From: Pseudomonadota bacterium
GTDB taxonomy: Bacteria > Pseudomonadota > Alphaproteobacteria > Rickettsiales > UBA8987
Assembly (NCBI GenBank): GCA_048498735.1
Contig: JBEHXK010000003.1
Location: forward strand, 58,147-122,146
DNA: 64,000 bases
Direction of reading: 5' to 3'
Position 1 is the stretch's first letter; every line of letters begins with the position of its first letter. The translations under genes and the position numbers were made by a program. Below are positions 43,884 to 53,582 of this stretch, one piece after another. Below the pieces are notes generated by a model, which made no database searches, was not told the DNA's origin, and worked only from the letters and a program-made list of their open reading frames with translations.

Positions 43884-44714
43884 TTAGCTTGAAGCACGCA
43901 TGCCGAGAGAGCAAGCTTGTGCAGTCGTTGCATATCTGTAACCAGTACCGTTAGTTGAAGCGCTGTCTACGCAAGAAGTTGTACCAGTACCAGCTGTAGG
44001 CTTAGTAAAGTTTGTAGTGAAACCTCTATACTGTTGAACTGCAAAAGTTGAACCAGTAAGCGCCTGACCATCATCAACTTTTGAATCGATCGCATAAGCA
44101 TCTTGTGGAGTGAAGCTTGTACCAAGTATAGATGTAGTTGCTGTTTTTGAAGCAGCGCCTTGAAGACCAGCACCACCACCACCAGAGTTAAGACCAAGCA
44201 GGTAATAAACCAAGCCACCTTGGCTTACAGCAATGAAACCACCACCAACTGGAAGTGCAGGATAACCAACACCAGCATCTGAGTTAGGAGTTTGCTGAGA
44301 ATAGTTACCTTTCACAAGGTGCGCGTTACCAAGCTCAACGAAGAAGTTTGCAACTTCACCACCGAATGTAGTCGCGTTGTTGTTAGTGCTTTCAAGAACA
44401 CCATCACCATCACCGTTACCAGTTGTAGTTGCAGTGCCACCCACAGCAGATGAATCAGCGCAGTTCTGAGTAGTAGTACCAGGAAGAACGCAGATACCGA
44501 ATGCAACAGCCTGGTTGAAATCACCAGGAAGTGCGTTGTTATATTTAGAACGGAAAGTGTTGATAGCCGTGTCATATTCACGGATTGAAGTAAGCACGTT
44601 TCTGATCTGAGCTTGTTTAATAAGCTCCTGACCTTGAAGTACGCCGCCCACCAGTAGGCCGATGATAACTAGCACGATCGCTAATTCCACCAATGTAAAA
44701 CCTTTTTTATTCAT
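43884..44714 (-). CDS. Type IV pilin-like protein (prepilin-type N-terminal cleavage/methylation domain)
   Basis: MNKKG|FTLVELAIVLVIIGLLVGGVL is a canonical class III signal with Glu5. 276 aa with a Gly/Thr/Ala-rich body. GGAGAAAC sits before the ATG. Codon usage is visibly more GC-rich and biased than in neighbouring genes. Confidence 0.8.
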   Translation of the reverse strand: MNKKGFTLVELAIVLVIIGLLVGGVLQGQELIKQAQIRNVLTSIREYDTAINTFRSKYNNALPGDFNQAVAFGICVLPGTTTQNCADSSAVGGTATTTGNGDGDGVLESTNNNATTFGGEVANFFVELGNAHLVKGNYSQQTPNSDAGVGYPALPVGGGFIAVSQGGLVYYLLGLNSGGGGAGLQGAASKTATTSILGTSFTPQDAYAIDSKVDDGQALTGSTFAVQQYRGFTTNFTKPTAGTGTTSCVDSASTNGTGYRYATTAQACSLGMRASS

Positions 44715-44937
44715 AGTTTCTCCTTGTTAAAATTCGTTGCCTTTATTTAATAGATTTATGAATGTTATTACAATAAAAAAAGCCCCCCTTTCTTTATTCT
44801 AACCCATTACTGTATCTAACTTGATACAGTAATTTTTACCATTCAAAGCAGATACATCTACTAGATATAACACAGATTATTAAGATATTCGAACGTTATT
44901 GCAAGAAATAGTTCAGATTTTAGTCAAAATTTCAGCA

Positions 44938-46335
44938 TCACTCGGAATCGTTTCCGGAAGCCAGTTTCACCACATTTTGTCCATCAGGCAATGCATCGGT
45001 CATTTCATTTTCTGAATCGTTTGTAACAAAGTCGTAACGTGGTAGTTCCTTAAGATTTTTAACTGCACTGCTTTCAAGGCCTAAAGTTTTTATCTTCTTT
45101 AATTTTTTTACTACCAGACCATTAAAGCTGGAACCAAGCTTATTATATTTCTTCAATGCATCACTCAAACTCTTACCCATAGAGCCAGTTTCATTATATA
45201 ATTTTATCACTGAATCTATCAGCCCACGCACCTCTTCCATAATGATAATATAATTCTGTTCCTGGCGGTTACGTTCGATCTGATATTTTGAATGAAGCAG
45301 AATATTGATTAATCCTGCAGGCCCAGAAACATTTATATTATTTCCAAGTGCCTTATCAAAAAAATTTGCATCGCTCTTGCGAACTTTTTCCCATGCCAGG
45401 TCAGTCGGCAGAAACATTATACTATATGTCCTGCCAAGTGATTTTATCCTCCCGCTTTTCAGCACTGCCTGCTCAACTGATTTTGTATAGTCTTTGCTGG
45501 CCAGTGAATTCAAATGGCGATTAAGTGTGAGTTTCAAATTGGCCAAGTTATTATCTTCACTCTCTTCATCATCAATAAAGAATTTTGATGATTTGCAGTC
45601 GATCACCATCACACTGTCATTAGGCAAATAGATTATCGCATCAGGGCGCAGCCTGTCGCCTTCCTCCGACACAACCGAATATTGCAGATCATAATCCACA
45701 CCTTCTATAAGGCCGGAATTCTTCAACAAATTACCAAGGGTGATTTCAGTTAATGCCCCCGCTCCTTGTGGAGAGAGAAGTGAGCGGTTTATCACCTCCA
45801 CCACCTTGCTTGAATCATCAACCTTATCGTTAAGTGACTTCATCTTTTCAAAAACATTCTGGAATTTATTCTGCAGATCTTCAGTAGTTTTTCTAACCCT
45901 TTCCTCGGCCTCTTTATTCGCAGTTTCACTTTCACGCTTGTGATCTGCCAGCAATTTGTTTGAGAGCTGAGTTGTAACTTCCAGCATTGAAGATTTTGCT
46001 GCCTTTAAGTGCTCTTCCTTGGTTTTGTCCCAGTCAGCCATTTGCTGCTTAATGCTTTCAAGCGATTGCAGCGCAAGTTTCTCTTTAGTTTCCGCTTCAG
46101 CTTTTAACTGCTTAAACTTTTCTGTTTCCGCACTGATATCCTTATTAAGCTTATCAATTTCGGCATGTTGTTGCTGGAAAAGCTGGGTTTTTGTTTCTGC
46201 TTCTGCCAGCAACCTGATATTGCGGGTAATTTCATCACGAAGCTTCTGGTATTTCAGAAATAAATACAGGCTCACGAAAACGAAAATTGCCAGAAAGGCA
46301 AATGCTATATATATAATGCTGTTCATAACATTCAT
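44938..46335 (-). CDS. rmuC: DNA recombination protein RmuC
   Basis: N-terminal TM helix, long coiled coil, and a C-terminal nuclease-like block (LRPDAIIYLPNDSVMVIDCKSS). Confidence 0.85.
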   Translation of the reverse strand: MNVMNSIIYIAFAFLAIFVFVSLYLFLKYQKLRDEITRNIRLLAEAETKTQLFQQQHAEIDKLNKDISAETEKFKQLKAEAETKEKLALQSLESIKQQMADWDKTKEEHLKAAKSSMLEVTTQLSNKLLADHKRESETANKEAEERVRKTTEDLQNKFQNVFEKMKSLNDKVDDSSKVVEVINRSLLSPQGAGALTEITLGNLLKNSGLIEGVDYDLQYSVVSEEGDRLRPDAIIYLPNDSVMVIDCKSSKFFIDDEESEDNNLANLKLTLNRHLNSLASKDYTKSVEQAVLKSGRIKSLGRTYSIMFLPTDLAWEKVRKSDANFFDKALGNNINVSGPAGLINILLHSKYQIERNRQEQNYIIIMEEVRGLIDSVIKLYNETGSMGKSLSDALKKYNKLGSSFNGLVVKKLKKIKTLGLESSAVKNLKELPRYDFVTNDSENEMTDALPDGQNVVKLASGNDSE

Positions 46336-46343
46336 GATATAAC

Positions 46344-47663
46344 TTGGCTACACAAAGTAAAGAAATAGCTTTCCTGATCCTTGCAGCCGGCAAAGGCACG
46401 CGGATGAAAAATCCACTGCCTAAAGTTCTGCATAAAGTTGTGGGCAAAACATTAATTGAGAATGTTCTAGACACTGTTACAAAATTTTCTCCAAAACTTC
46501 TAATCCCCATTCTTTCACCTGATGTTCCTGAAGTGATAGATCTGGTTAAAAATAAATATCCTAAAAGCCAAATCATATTTCAAAAGGAAAAGCTCGGCAC
46601 CGGTCACGCGGTAAAGCTTACCTTGAAAAAACTCAAAGGCTTTAAGGGAATAATAATTGCCCTTTACGGTGATACGCCTTTCATAGAAGTTTCCACCATT
46701 AAAAAAATGGCCGCGACCATAAATGATAAAACCGCCTTGTGTGTTCTAGGTTTTGAACAGAATTCTAAGAACCAATATGGCCGCCTGGTGTGTGATGTTA
46801 ATAACAGGTTGAAAGCCATTGTTGAATTCAAGGAAGCCGCACCAGAACATAAAAAGATCACTTTATGCAATTCCGGCGTTATGGCTTTTAACGGTAAATA
46901 TATTGAGAAAATCATCAATAAAATTGACAATAAAAACTCTAAAGGTGAATATTACCTTACTGATGCCGTTCATATAACCAATGGAATGGGTTATGAATGC
47001 AGCGTCATCACCGCTGATGCGGATGAGGTTATGGGGATAAATTCGCAAGCGGAACGTGCAATGGCAGAAAAAATGATCCAGGAAAAACTTCGCCAGAAAC
47101 ACCTTGATAATGGTGTTATATTAACTGACCCAGCTTCAGTATACTTCTCAAAAGAAACTGAGATCGCGCCAGGTGTCATAGTAGAACCTTTCGTTGTGTT
47201 CAAAGGCAAGGTTAAAATCTCTGAGGGTGCTGAGATACGTTCATTCTCTCACCTTGAAGATTGTGTTGTGAAAAAGAACGCCATCATCGGGCCATATGCT
47301 CGTTTACGCCCTGGCGCTGATATAGGTGATGAGGCACGTATCGGCAATTTCGTAGAGGTCAAAAAATCCAAGATAGGAAAAGGATCAAAGGTCAATCACC
47401 TATCATATATTGGCGACACAGAAATGGGGGTTGATGTTAATGTTGGCGCTGGCACCATCACCTGCAATTATGATGGCTACAATAAATTCAAAACCAAAAT
47501 AGAAGATGGCGCCTTTATAGGTTCTAATACTGAAATCATTGCACCGGTAAAAATTGGTAAAAAGGCTGTTATAGGCGCCGGCACAACGGTGATCAAAGAT
47601 GCCCCTGCCAATAAAATAACTATCAACGAAAAGAAGCAGAAATCCCTTACCAAGGATAAATAA
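46344..47663 (+). CDS. glmU: Bifunctional UDP-N-acetylglucosamine pyrophosphorylase / GlcN-1-P N-acetyltransferase
   Basis: LILAAGKGTRMK N-terminal motif and a C-terminal hexapeptide-repeat domain. TTG start sits 8 nt from the divergent rmuC start. Confidence 0.93.
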   Translation: MATQSKEIAFLILAAGKGTRMKNPLPKVLHKVVGKTLIENVLDTVTKFSPKLLIPILSPDVPEVIDLVKNKYPKSQIIFQKEKLGTGHAVKLTLKKLKGFKGIIIALYGDTPFIEVSTIKKMAATINDKTALCVLGFEQNSKNQYGRLVCDVNNRLKAIVEFKEAAPEHKKITLCNSGVMAFNGKYIEKIINKIDNKNSKGEYYLTDAVHITNGMGYECSVITADADEVMGINSQAERAMAEKMIQEKLRQKHLDNGVILTDPASVYFSKETEIAPGVIVEPFVVFKGKVKISEGAEIRSFSHLEDCVVKKNAIIGPYARLRPGADIGDEARIGNFVEVKKSKIGKGSKVNHLSYIGDTEMGVDVNVGAGTITCNYDGYNKFKTKIEDGAFIGSNTEIIAPVKIGKKAVIGAGTTVIKDAPANKITINEKKQKSLTKDK

Positions 47664-48097
47664 ATGAGCCTGAAAGAAATAGTATACTTTTTTAAGATCC
47701 TTTTCACCAAAGTTCATAATATTAACGAATTTATTGTTCTGTTTGGCCATTGTTCGCCGCCCTTGCAGGTTCTTATTGGCTTCCTTTTCCTTGGAATTTT
47801 TGTGTTGATATATATATTCGTTGTTGCTATATTTGTTGATAAACATATATAAATCATAAGTTTATGCTCAATTTTTGCTATGGCCGTTATAACCTTAAAT
47901 ATTGCTATCACTGGCTGATGCATTTGAGCGCCCTTGAGGTCGCCGGCCTTATAATATTGACATTTATAGTTCTTTTCATCCTGCTTCGCATATTTGCCGC
48001 CATTTTTAAGGATTTCAATATCTGGTAAGTTAGGCTTGACACCCATATGTTTTTAAGTTAAACAGGCCTTCCTTTAAGAATTTAAAATTAGAATAAA

Positions 48098-48544
48098 ATG
48101 GCAACAAAGATCAGACTTCAGAGGGGTGGCACAACTAATCGCCCGTTCTATCGTTTCGTAGTAGCTGATGAGAAAGCTGCACGCGATGGCAAATTCATTG
48201 AAAAACTAGGCACGTATGATCCGCTTATCAGCAAAGATAAAGCTGAACGTATCAACGTTAAGAAAGACCGTATCGAATATTGGCTTTCTGTTGGCGCGCA
48301 ACCTTCTGAGAAAGTTGCCCTGCTTATCACTAAAGCTGGCATCGCTAACGACAATAAAACCGTTAAAGAGATCCTGAAAAAAAGGGAAAAAAGTATAAAA
48401 GTTAAAAAAGCGGCGGCTGAAGCGAAAGCTAAGGCAGAAGCTGAAGCAGCAGCAAAAGCAGCGGCTGAGGAAAAAGCTAAAGCTGATGCGGAAGCAGCAG
48501 CGTCAGCTCCTTCTGAAGCAGCTCCTGAAGCACCTGCGGCGTAA
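48098..48544 (+). CDS. rpsP: 30S ribosomal protein S16 with A/K/E-rich C-terminal extension
   Basis: MATKIRLQRGGTTNRPFYRFVVAD... is the S16 core, followed by ~60 aa of AEAKAKAEAEAAAKAAAEEKAKADAEAAA. Confidence 0.95.
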   Translation: MATKIRLQRGGTTNRPFYRFVVADEKAARDGKFIEKLGTYDPLISKDKAERINVKKDRIEYWLSVGAQPSEKVALLITKAGIANDNKTVKEILKKREKSIKVKKAAAEAKAKAEAEAAAKAAAEEKAKADAEAAASAPSEAAPEAPAA

Positions 48545-48567
48545 TACTTTGCAAATATTATCGAAAA

Positions 48568-48592
48568 GCCCCGCTGAATGCGGGGTTTTTTA
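48568..48592 (+). terminator. Rho-independent terminator after rpsP
   Basis: gccccgc-tgaat-gcggggt followed by TTTTTT. Confidence 0.8.
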
Positions 48593-48603
48593 TTGGTAGT
48601 TCT

Positions 48604-48894
48604 ATGAATATAGAAGATAAAGTTAAAAATATAATTTTAGAATTATGCGAAGAAGATGATTATGGCTGCTGGGAATTATGGTGGGCTGCAAAGGCAGAAG
48701 GAATTTCTCAAAAAGATTTTATCGCTATAACGGCTATATTGATAGCAAATGGAGAAATCGAAGTCCAATCCCCTCTCCCCGAAGGGAAATTTATTAAATG
48801 TGCATTTGATATAAAAAAGTTTGAACAAGAAATTAACAATCCAACCCCGGACCATGATAATTTTTATTGGTTCAAGGTTGCTACTAAGCATTAA
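48604..48894 (+). CDS. Hypothetical small acidic protein
   Basis: 96-aa ORF (…EEDDYGCWELWWAAKAEG…) between rpsP and rimM. Its stop lies 1 nt before the rimM ATG. No recognised domain. Confidence 0.45.
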   Translation: MNIEDKVKNIILELCEEDDYGCWELWWAAKAEGISQKDFIAITAILIANGEIEVQSPLPEGKFIKCAFDIKKFEQEINNPTPDHDNFYWFKVATKH

Positions 48895-48895
48895 T

Positions 48896-49408
48896 ATGGA
48901 TAAATCAAAACTAATATCAGCTGGAAAGATCGTCGGCGTTCACGGCATCAAAGGTGCGCTGCGCGTTCACTCATTCCTTGAAGATCCTGAGAATTTCAAA
49001 AACTATAAGAAGTTTTATCTAGGAGATATGCCTGTTAAGATAAAACTTAACTTCACAAAACCCAATATAGCCATAATCCAGATCAATAATCTTACAGATC
49101 GCAATGAGGCTGAAAAGTTAGTGGGCAAAGAGATATACTTAGATAAATCTGAAATGCCGGAACTTAAAAATGATGAATATTATTATTCTGATCTGATCGG
49201 CCTTAAAGTAATAGATGGTCAAAATAACAAAGAGATAGGTCAGATCCTTAACGTAACTAATTTCGGGGCGGGCGACCTGTTCGAGATAAAATTCAATGAT
49301 GGCAAACCAGCACGTTTTTTCCCTTTCAGCAAAAATATTTTTCCAAAAATAGATATCTCTGCTAAATTCGTGGAAATAGTTTTCCCTGAAGAAGAGTTCG
49401 ATAATTAA
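48896..49408 (+). CDS. rimM: 16S rRNA processing protein RimM
   Basis: An internal ATG gives MDKSKLISAGKIVGVHGIKGALRVHSF..., the typical RimM N-terminus, with a PRC-barrel-like C-terminus. Confidence 0.88.
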   Translation: MDKSKLISAGKIVGVHGIKGALRVHSFLEDPENFKNYKKFYLGDMPVKIKLNFTKPNIAIIQINNLTDRNEAEKLVGKEIYLDKSEMPELKNDEYYYSDLIGLKVIDGQNNKEIGQILNVTNFGAGDLFEIKFNDGKPARFFPFSKNIFPKIDISAKFVEIVFPEEEFDN

Positions 49409-49749
49409 TGTATCTGATCTTAAAAATATTCATCAGCGCCGCCATAATCGCTTTGTTTGGCGAGCTCTCTAAAAAATCATCATTCCTTGCAGCTTTTTTA
49501 ATGTCCCTGCCACTTACTTCAATAATAGCGTTGTGTTGGAGTTATTATGAACACCGCGATGTCAGCCAGATCATCACATTAAGCAAAGATATATTATTGC
49601 TTATCATCCCTTCCATGACATTCTTTATCGCCCTGCCAATATTGCTGGAAAAAGGCCTTAACTTCATCATAGCAATGCTGCTTGCATGTGTTGCAACCGG
49701 CATAGCCTATCTGATTTTCACGATTTTCTTAAAGAAGTTTAGTGCTTAA
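49408..49749 (+). CDS. Small polytopic membrane protein (DUF3147-like)
   Basis: 113 aa with four hydrophobic helices. ATG overlaps the rimM stop (TAATG). The family assignment is tentative. Confidence 0.5.
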   Translation: MYLILKIFISAAIIALFGELSKKSSFLAAFLMSLPLTSIIALCWSYYEHRDVSQIITLSKDILLLIIPSMTFFIALPILLEKGLNFIIAMLLACVATGIAYLIFTIFLKKFSA

Positions 49750-52162
49750 CCACTTCCTGTTTATCAGAACCTGAATGCCCTGAGAAGCCCCTTTCCACCG
49801 CTGCCGTATCAGCCTGAATCTCTTCTTCTGAAAGAGGTTTTAGCGGCTGCGAAAGCGCATGTTTCAGAACATCATCAAGTGTTGTCACCGGAATTATTTC
49901 CAGGCGGCCCTTAATTTCATTCTGGATATCTTCAAGGTCTTTTACGTTCTTCTGCGGAATCAAAACAGTTTTAATTCCACCACGAATAGCTGCCAGAAGT
50001 TTTTCCTTCAAGCCACCGATCGGCGTAACCATACCGCGAAGTGTTATCTCACCTGTCATCGCTACATCTTTCCTAACCGGAATTCCAGTCAATGCAGAAA
50101 TTATCGTGTTACCCATCGCCGCACCTGCAGAAGGCCCATCTTTCGGGGTTGCACCTTCAGGCACGTGAATGTGAATATCATTCTTCAGGAATTTTTCCTT
50201 CTTGATGCCGAAATCATAACAGCGCGAACGAACATAACTCCATGCCGCCGAGGCAGATTCTTTCATCACATCACCAAGCTGGCCTGTAAGTGTAATGTGA
50301 CCTTTACCCCCCGGAATAATAACTGCTTCGATCGGAAGCAGATCACCACCAACTTCAGTATATGCAAGCCCGTTGGTCACGCCAACCAGATCATCCTTTT
50401 CCATCACATTGAAATCAAAGCGCTGCACACCAGCATATTTCTTCAGGTTTGCTGCTGTAATATTCACACGCTTGATCTTCTTTTTCACGATCTGCGCAGT
50501 TGCCTTACGTGCAAGTTTTGAAATCTCACGCTCAAGGTTACGCACACCAGATTCACGCGTATAATGGCGGATCAGGTCTAATAATGCAGAATCAGAAATG
50601 CTGAGTTCATTACGTTTGAAACCATGCGATTTTTCCACGCGCGGAATCAAATGCTCTTTTGCGATATGCAGTTTTTCTTCTTCTGTATAACCTGAAAGCC
50701 TGATGATCTCCATCCTGTCAAGCAACGGACGAGGCATATTCAAGCTGTTTGCCGTGGTGATGAACATAACATCTGAAAGGTCAAAATCCACTTCCAGATA
50801 ATGGTCATTGAAATGTTTGTTCTGTTCAGGGTCCAGAACTTCCAGAAGTGCGGAAGCCGGGTCACCGCGGAAATCACGGCCAAGCTTATCAATTTCATCC
50901 AACAGGAATACCGGGTTAGATGTTTTGCATTTTTTCAAGCTCTGGATTATCTTACCTGGCATTGAACCAATATAAGTTCTGCGATGTCCACGGATCTCAG
51001 ATTCATCATGCACACCACCAAGTGAGATTTTAATGAACTCCCTGCCGGTCGCTTTTGCGATCGATTTCGCCAAGGAAGTTTTACCCACACCCGGAGGGCC
51101 TGCAAAACATATGATCTGCCCGCGCATTTCTTTAGAGCGCTGCTGCACCGCCAGATGTTCGATGATTCTTTCCTTCACCTTATGCAGACCGGAATGATCT
51201 TGGTCGAGAACCTTCTGTGCTTTTTTAATGTTCTTATTAAGCGCTGATTTTGCTTCCCAAGGCAGGTTCAATAACCAATCCAGGTAATTGCGTACAACAC
51301 CCGCTTCCGCAGACATCGGGCTCATCAGTTTCAGCTTCTTCAGCTCGCTCATCGCTTTTTCGCGCGCTTCCTGAGAAAGTTTTGTCTCTGCTATTTTCTT
51401 CTGCAATTCAGTGATTTCGTTTTTCTCATCTTCATCGCCAAGTTCTTTGCGAATGGCTTTCATCTGCTCGTTCAGATAATATTCCTTCTGCGATTTTTCC
51501 ATTTGAGTGCGTACGCGTGAACGAATCTTGCGTTCAGTGTTCAGAACATCGATTTCGCGCTCAATGAACTCCAGGATTTTTTCCAGACGTTTTGTGATAT
51601 CGGTGATTTCCAATATCTCCTGCTTTTCAGATATTTTGAGCGTTAAATGAGTCGCGATAGTATCCGCAATCAGCGAAGGGCTTGTCACCTTCTGCAGGTT
51701 TGTAAGGATATCGTATGGGATTTTTTTATTCAGCTTTATGTAATTATCAAAGCTGGTGATAATAGAACGCGAAAGCGCTTCCAGGTCCCTTTCGCTATCA
51801 GAAGTTTCATCCAATGAGAATACTTCCGCTTCGAAATAATTTTCATTATCGATGTAATAATTAATTTCCGCACGGCCGCTGCCTTCCACTAGAACTTTCA
51901 CCGTTCCATCAGGAAGTTTCAGCAATTGCAAAATATTCACCAAAACGCCGATGCGATAAATATCTTCCGGCTGTGGCTCATCGTTAGATGCATCGCGCTG
52001 GGTGACTAGAAGCAGTTTTGATTTTGCCTCCACCGCATGCTCAAGAGCATTGATTGATTTTTGTCGGCCGACGAAAAGCGGCACGATCATTCCCGGAAAT
52101 ACAACTATATCTCGAAGGGGAAGAACTGGGTATATACCCTGGCTAAGTTTCATGTTTTCCAT
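49739..52162 (-). CDS. lon: ATP-dependent protease Lon
   Basis: 807 aa with Walker A GPPGVGKTS and the catalytic Ser context PKDGPSAG. Confidence 0.96.
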   Translation of the reverse strand: MENMKLSQGIYPVLPLRDIVVFPGMIVPLFVGRQKSINALEHAVEAKSKLLLVTQRDASNDEPQPEDIYRIGVLVNILQLLKLPDGTVKVLVEGSGRAEINYYIDNENYFEAEVFSLDETSDSERDLEALSRSIITSFDNYIKLNKKIPYDILTNLQKVTSPSLIADTIATHLTLKISEKQEILEITDITKRLEKILEFIEREIDVLNTERKIRSRVRTQMEKSQKEYYLNEQMKAIRKELGDEDEKNEITELQKKIAETKLSQEAREKAMSELKKLKLMSPMSAEAGVVRNYLDWLLNLPWEAKSALNKNIKKAQKVLDQDHSGLHKVKERIIEHLAVQQRSKEMRGQIICFAGPPGVGKTSLAKSIAKATGREFIKISLGGVHDESEIRGHRRTYIGSMPGKIIQSLKKCKTSNPVFLLDEIDKLGRDFRGDPASALLEVLDPEQNKHFNDHYLEVDFDLSDVMFITTANSLNMPRPLLDRMEIIRLSGYTEEEKLHIAKEHLIPRVEKSHGFKRNELSISDSALLDLIRHYTRESGVRNLEREISKLARKATAQIVKKKIKRVNITAANLKKYAGVQRFDFNVMEKDDLVGVTNGLAYTEVGGDLLPIEAVIIPGGKGHITLTGQLGDVMKESASAAWSYVRSRCYDFGIKKEKFLKNDIHIHVPEGATPKDGPSAGAAMGNTIISALTGIPVRKDVAMTGEITLRGMVTPIGGLKEKLLAAIRGGIKTVLIPQKNVKDLEDIQNEIKGRLEIIPVTTLDDVLKHALSQPLKPLSEEEIQADTAAVERGFSGHSGSDKQEVVKH

Positions 52163-52241
52163 AGTTTAAATATAGGAAAATATCTGCCCCAAGTAAAGGG
52201 CGATAAGGAAAATAAATTAACAATAATTCTTGTTTTTAGAA

Positions 52242-53522
52242 TTATGCTGTTTTTACAATCTCTTTACTCTTGCCTTCTTTCTTCTTAGGAGTTTCAGCGA
52301 GAACCAGCTTAGGTTTTTTGCCTTCAGTGATAACTGTTTCATCAATGACCACTTTTTCAACATCGCCTCTGTCTGGAATCTCATACATCAGGTCTGTCAA
52401 CGAACCTTCAATGATAGCACGAAGGCCACGAGCACCTGTTTTGCGTGAAATTGCCTTCTTCGCCACAGCTGAAAGTGCCGCAGGTTTGAATTCAAGCTCA
52501 ACGCCTTCCATCTCAAACAGTTTGCGATATTGTTTCACCAATGCGTTCTTAGGTTCTGTTAGAATTTCGATCAGAGCTTCTTCAGAAAGTTCACGAAGTG
52601 TCGCGATAACAGGTAAACGACCCACGAACTCAGGAATCATACCGAATTTGATTAGATCTTCCGGCTCTAAACGGCCAAATAGTTCATCACTTGCGATATT
52701 CTGCTTGTTGTGAACTGCCGCACCGAAACCGATCGAAGAACCGTGAGTACGGCCTGCAATAACTTTTTCAATGCCGGCGAATGAACCACCGCAAATGAAT
52801 AGAATGCCCGAAGTATCAACCTGCAGGAATTCCTGCTGCGGATGCTTTCTGCCACCTTGAGGCGGAACAGCCGCTAAAGTGCCTTCCAATATTTTCAATA
52901 ATGCCTGCTGAACACCTTCACCTGATACGTCACGGGTGATAGATGGATTCTCAGATTTACGGGAGATTTTATCGATCTCATCGATATATACGATACCGCG
53001 CTGTGCACGTTCAACATTATAATCCGCCGCTTGAAGCAGGCGCAGGATAATGTTTTCAACGTCCTCACCAACATAACCTGCTTCGGTTAGTGTAGTTGCA
53101 TCAGCCATAGTGAATGGAACATCCAGAATGCGCGCTAAAGTTTGCGCAAGCAATGTTTTACCGGAACCAGTCGGGCCTACCAATAGAATGTTCGATTTAG
53201 TGATCTCAGGCTCACCGCCTTTTTCCATATGCTCAAGGCGTTTATAGTGATTATGCACCGCAACTGAAAGAACGCGTTTAGCATCTTCCTGGCCGATAAC
53301 ATAATCATCCAGAACTTTTTTAATTGCTGAAGGTTTTGGAACCCCACCATGAGATTCAAGCGAAAGTGTCGATTTGCTTTCTTCACGGATGATATCAACG
53401 CAAAGCTCTACGCATTCATTACAAATGAATACTGTCGGGCCGGCAATAAGCTTTTTAACCTCATGCTGGCTTTTTCCGCAGAAGGAGCAATATAACGTGC
53501 TATTATCTTTATCGTCTGCCAT
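52242..53522 (-). CDS. clpX: ATP-dependent Clp protease ATP-binding subunit ClpX
   Basis: N-terminal zinc finger CSFCGK...CNEC, Walker A GPTGSGKT and the IGF-like loop region. Confidence 0.96.
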   Translation of the reverse strand: MADDKDNSTLYCSFCGKSQHEVKKLIAGPTVFICNECVELCVDIIREESKSTLSLESHGGVPKPSAIKKVLDDYVIGQEDAKRVLSVAVHNHYKRLEHMEKGGEPEITKSNILLVGPTGSGKTLLAQTLARILDVPFTMADATTLTEAGYVGEDVENIILRLLQAADYNVERAQRGIVYIDEIDKISRKSENPSITRDVSGEGVQQALLKILEGTLAAVPPQGGRKHPQQEFLQVDTSGILFICGGSFAGIEKVIAGRTHGSSIGFGAAVHNKQNIASDELFGRLEPEDLIKFGMIPEFVGRLPVIATLRELSEEALIEILTEPKNALVKQYRKLFEMEGVELEFKPAALSAVAKKAISRKTGARGLRAIIEGSLTDLMYEIPDRGDVEKVVIDETVITEGKKPKLVLAETPKKKEGKSKEIVKTA

Positions 53523-53582
53523 ATAACTTCTCTTTATCTATATAAATTAATACAAAATTAACAGTTTTTAAATAGTTCAGTG

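Noticed and set aside
43967-44581. Same-strand nested ORFs (83 aa and 89 aa) inside the pilin-like gene.
   Set aside because: These are out-of-frame products of a compositionally biased gene. The canonical prepilin N-terminus identifies the true frame.
44715-44800. Possible sigma54 (GG-N10-GC) promoter upstream of the pilin gene in GGGGGGCTTTTTTTATTGT.
   Set aside because: The spacing is off by one and the -12 element reads TTGT rather than TTGC. There is not enough support to call it.
47664-48097. Competing ORFs in the glmU-rpsP spacer. 47664..47852 (+) is a 62-aa hydrophobic peptide starting right at the glmU stop. 47714..48046 (-) is 110 aa. 47403..47846 (-) is 147 aa and runs antisense into glmU.
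   Set aside because: The three are mutually exclusive, very AT-rich and low-complexity, and none has a recognisable domain. I cannot decide which, if any, is real. It could be a decayed gene, so I left it unannotated.
49859-50521. 220-aa plus-strand ORF antisense to lon. The same applies to the long antisense ORFs at 30027..30659, 8185..8634, 9372..9824 and 24081..24536.
   Set aside because: Each is fully contained in a strongly supported gene on the other strand and has a low-complexity translation. These are artefacts.
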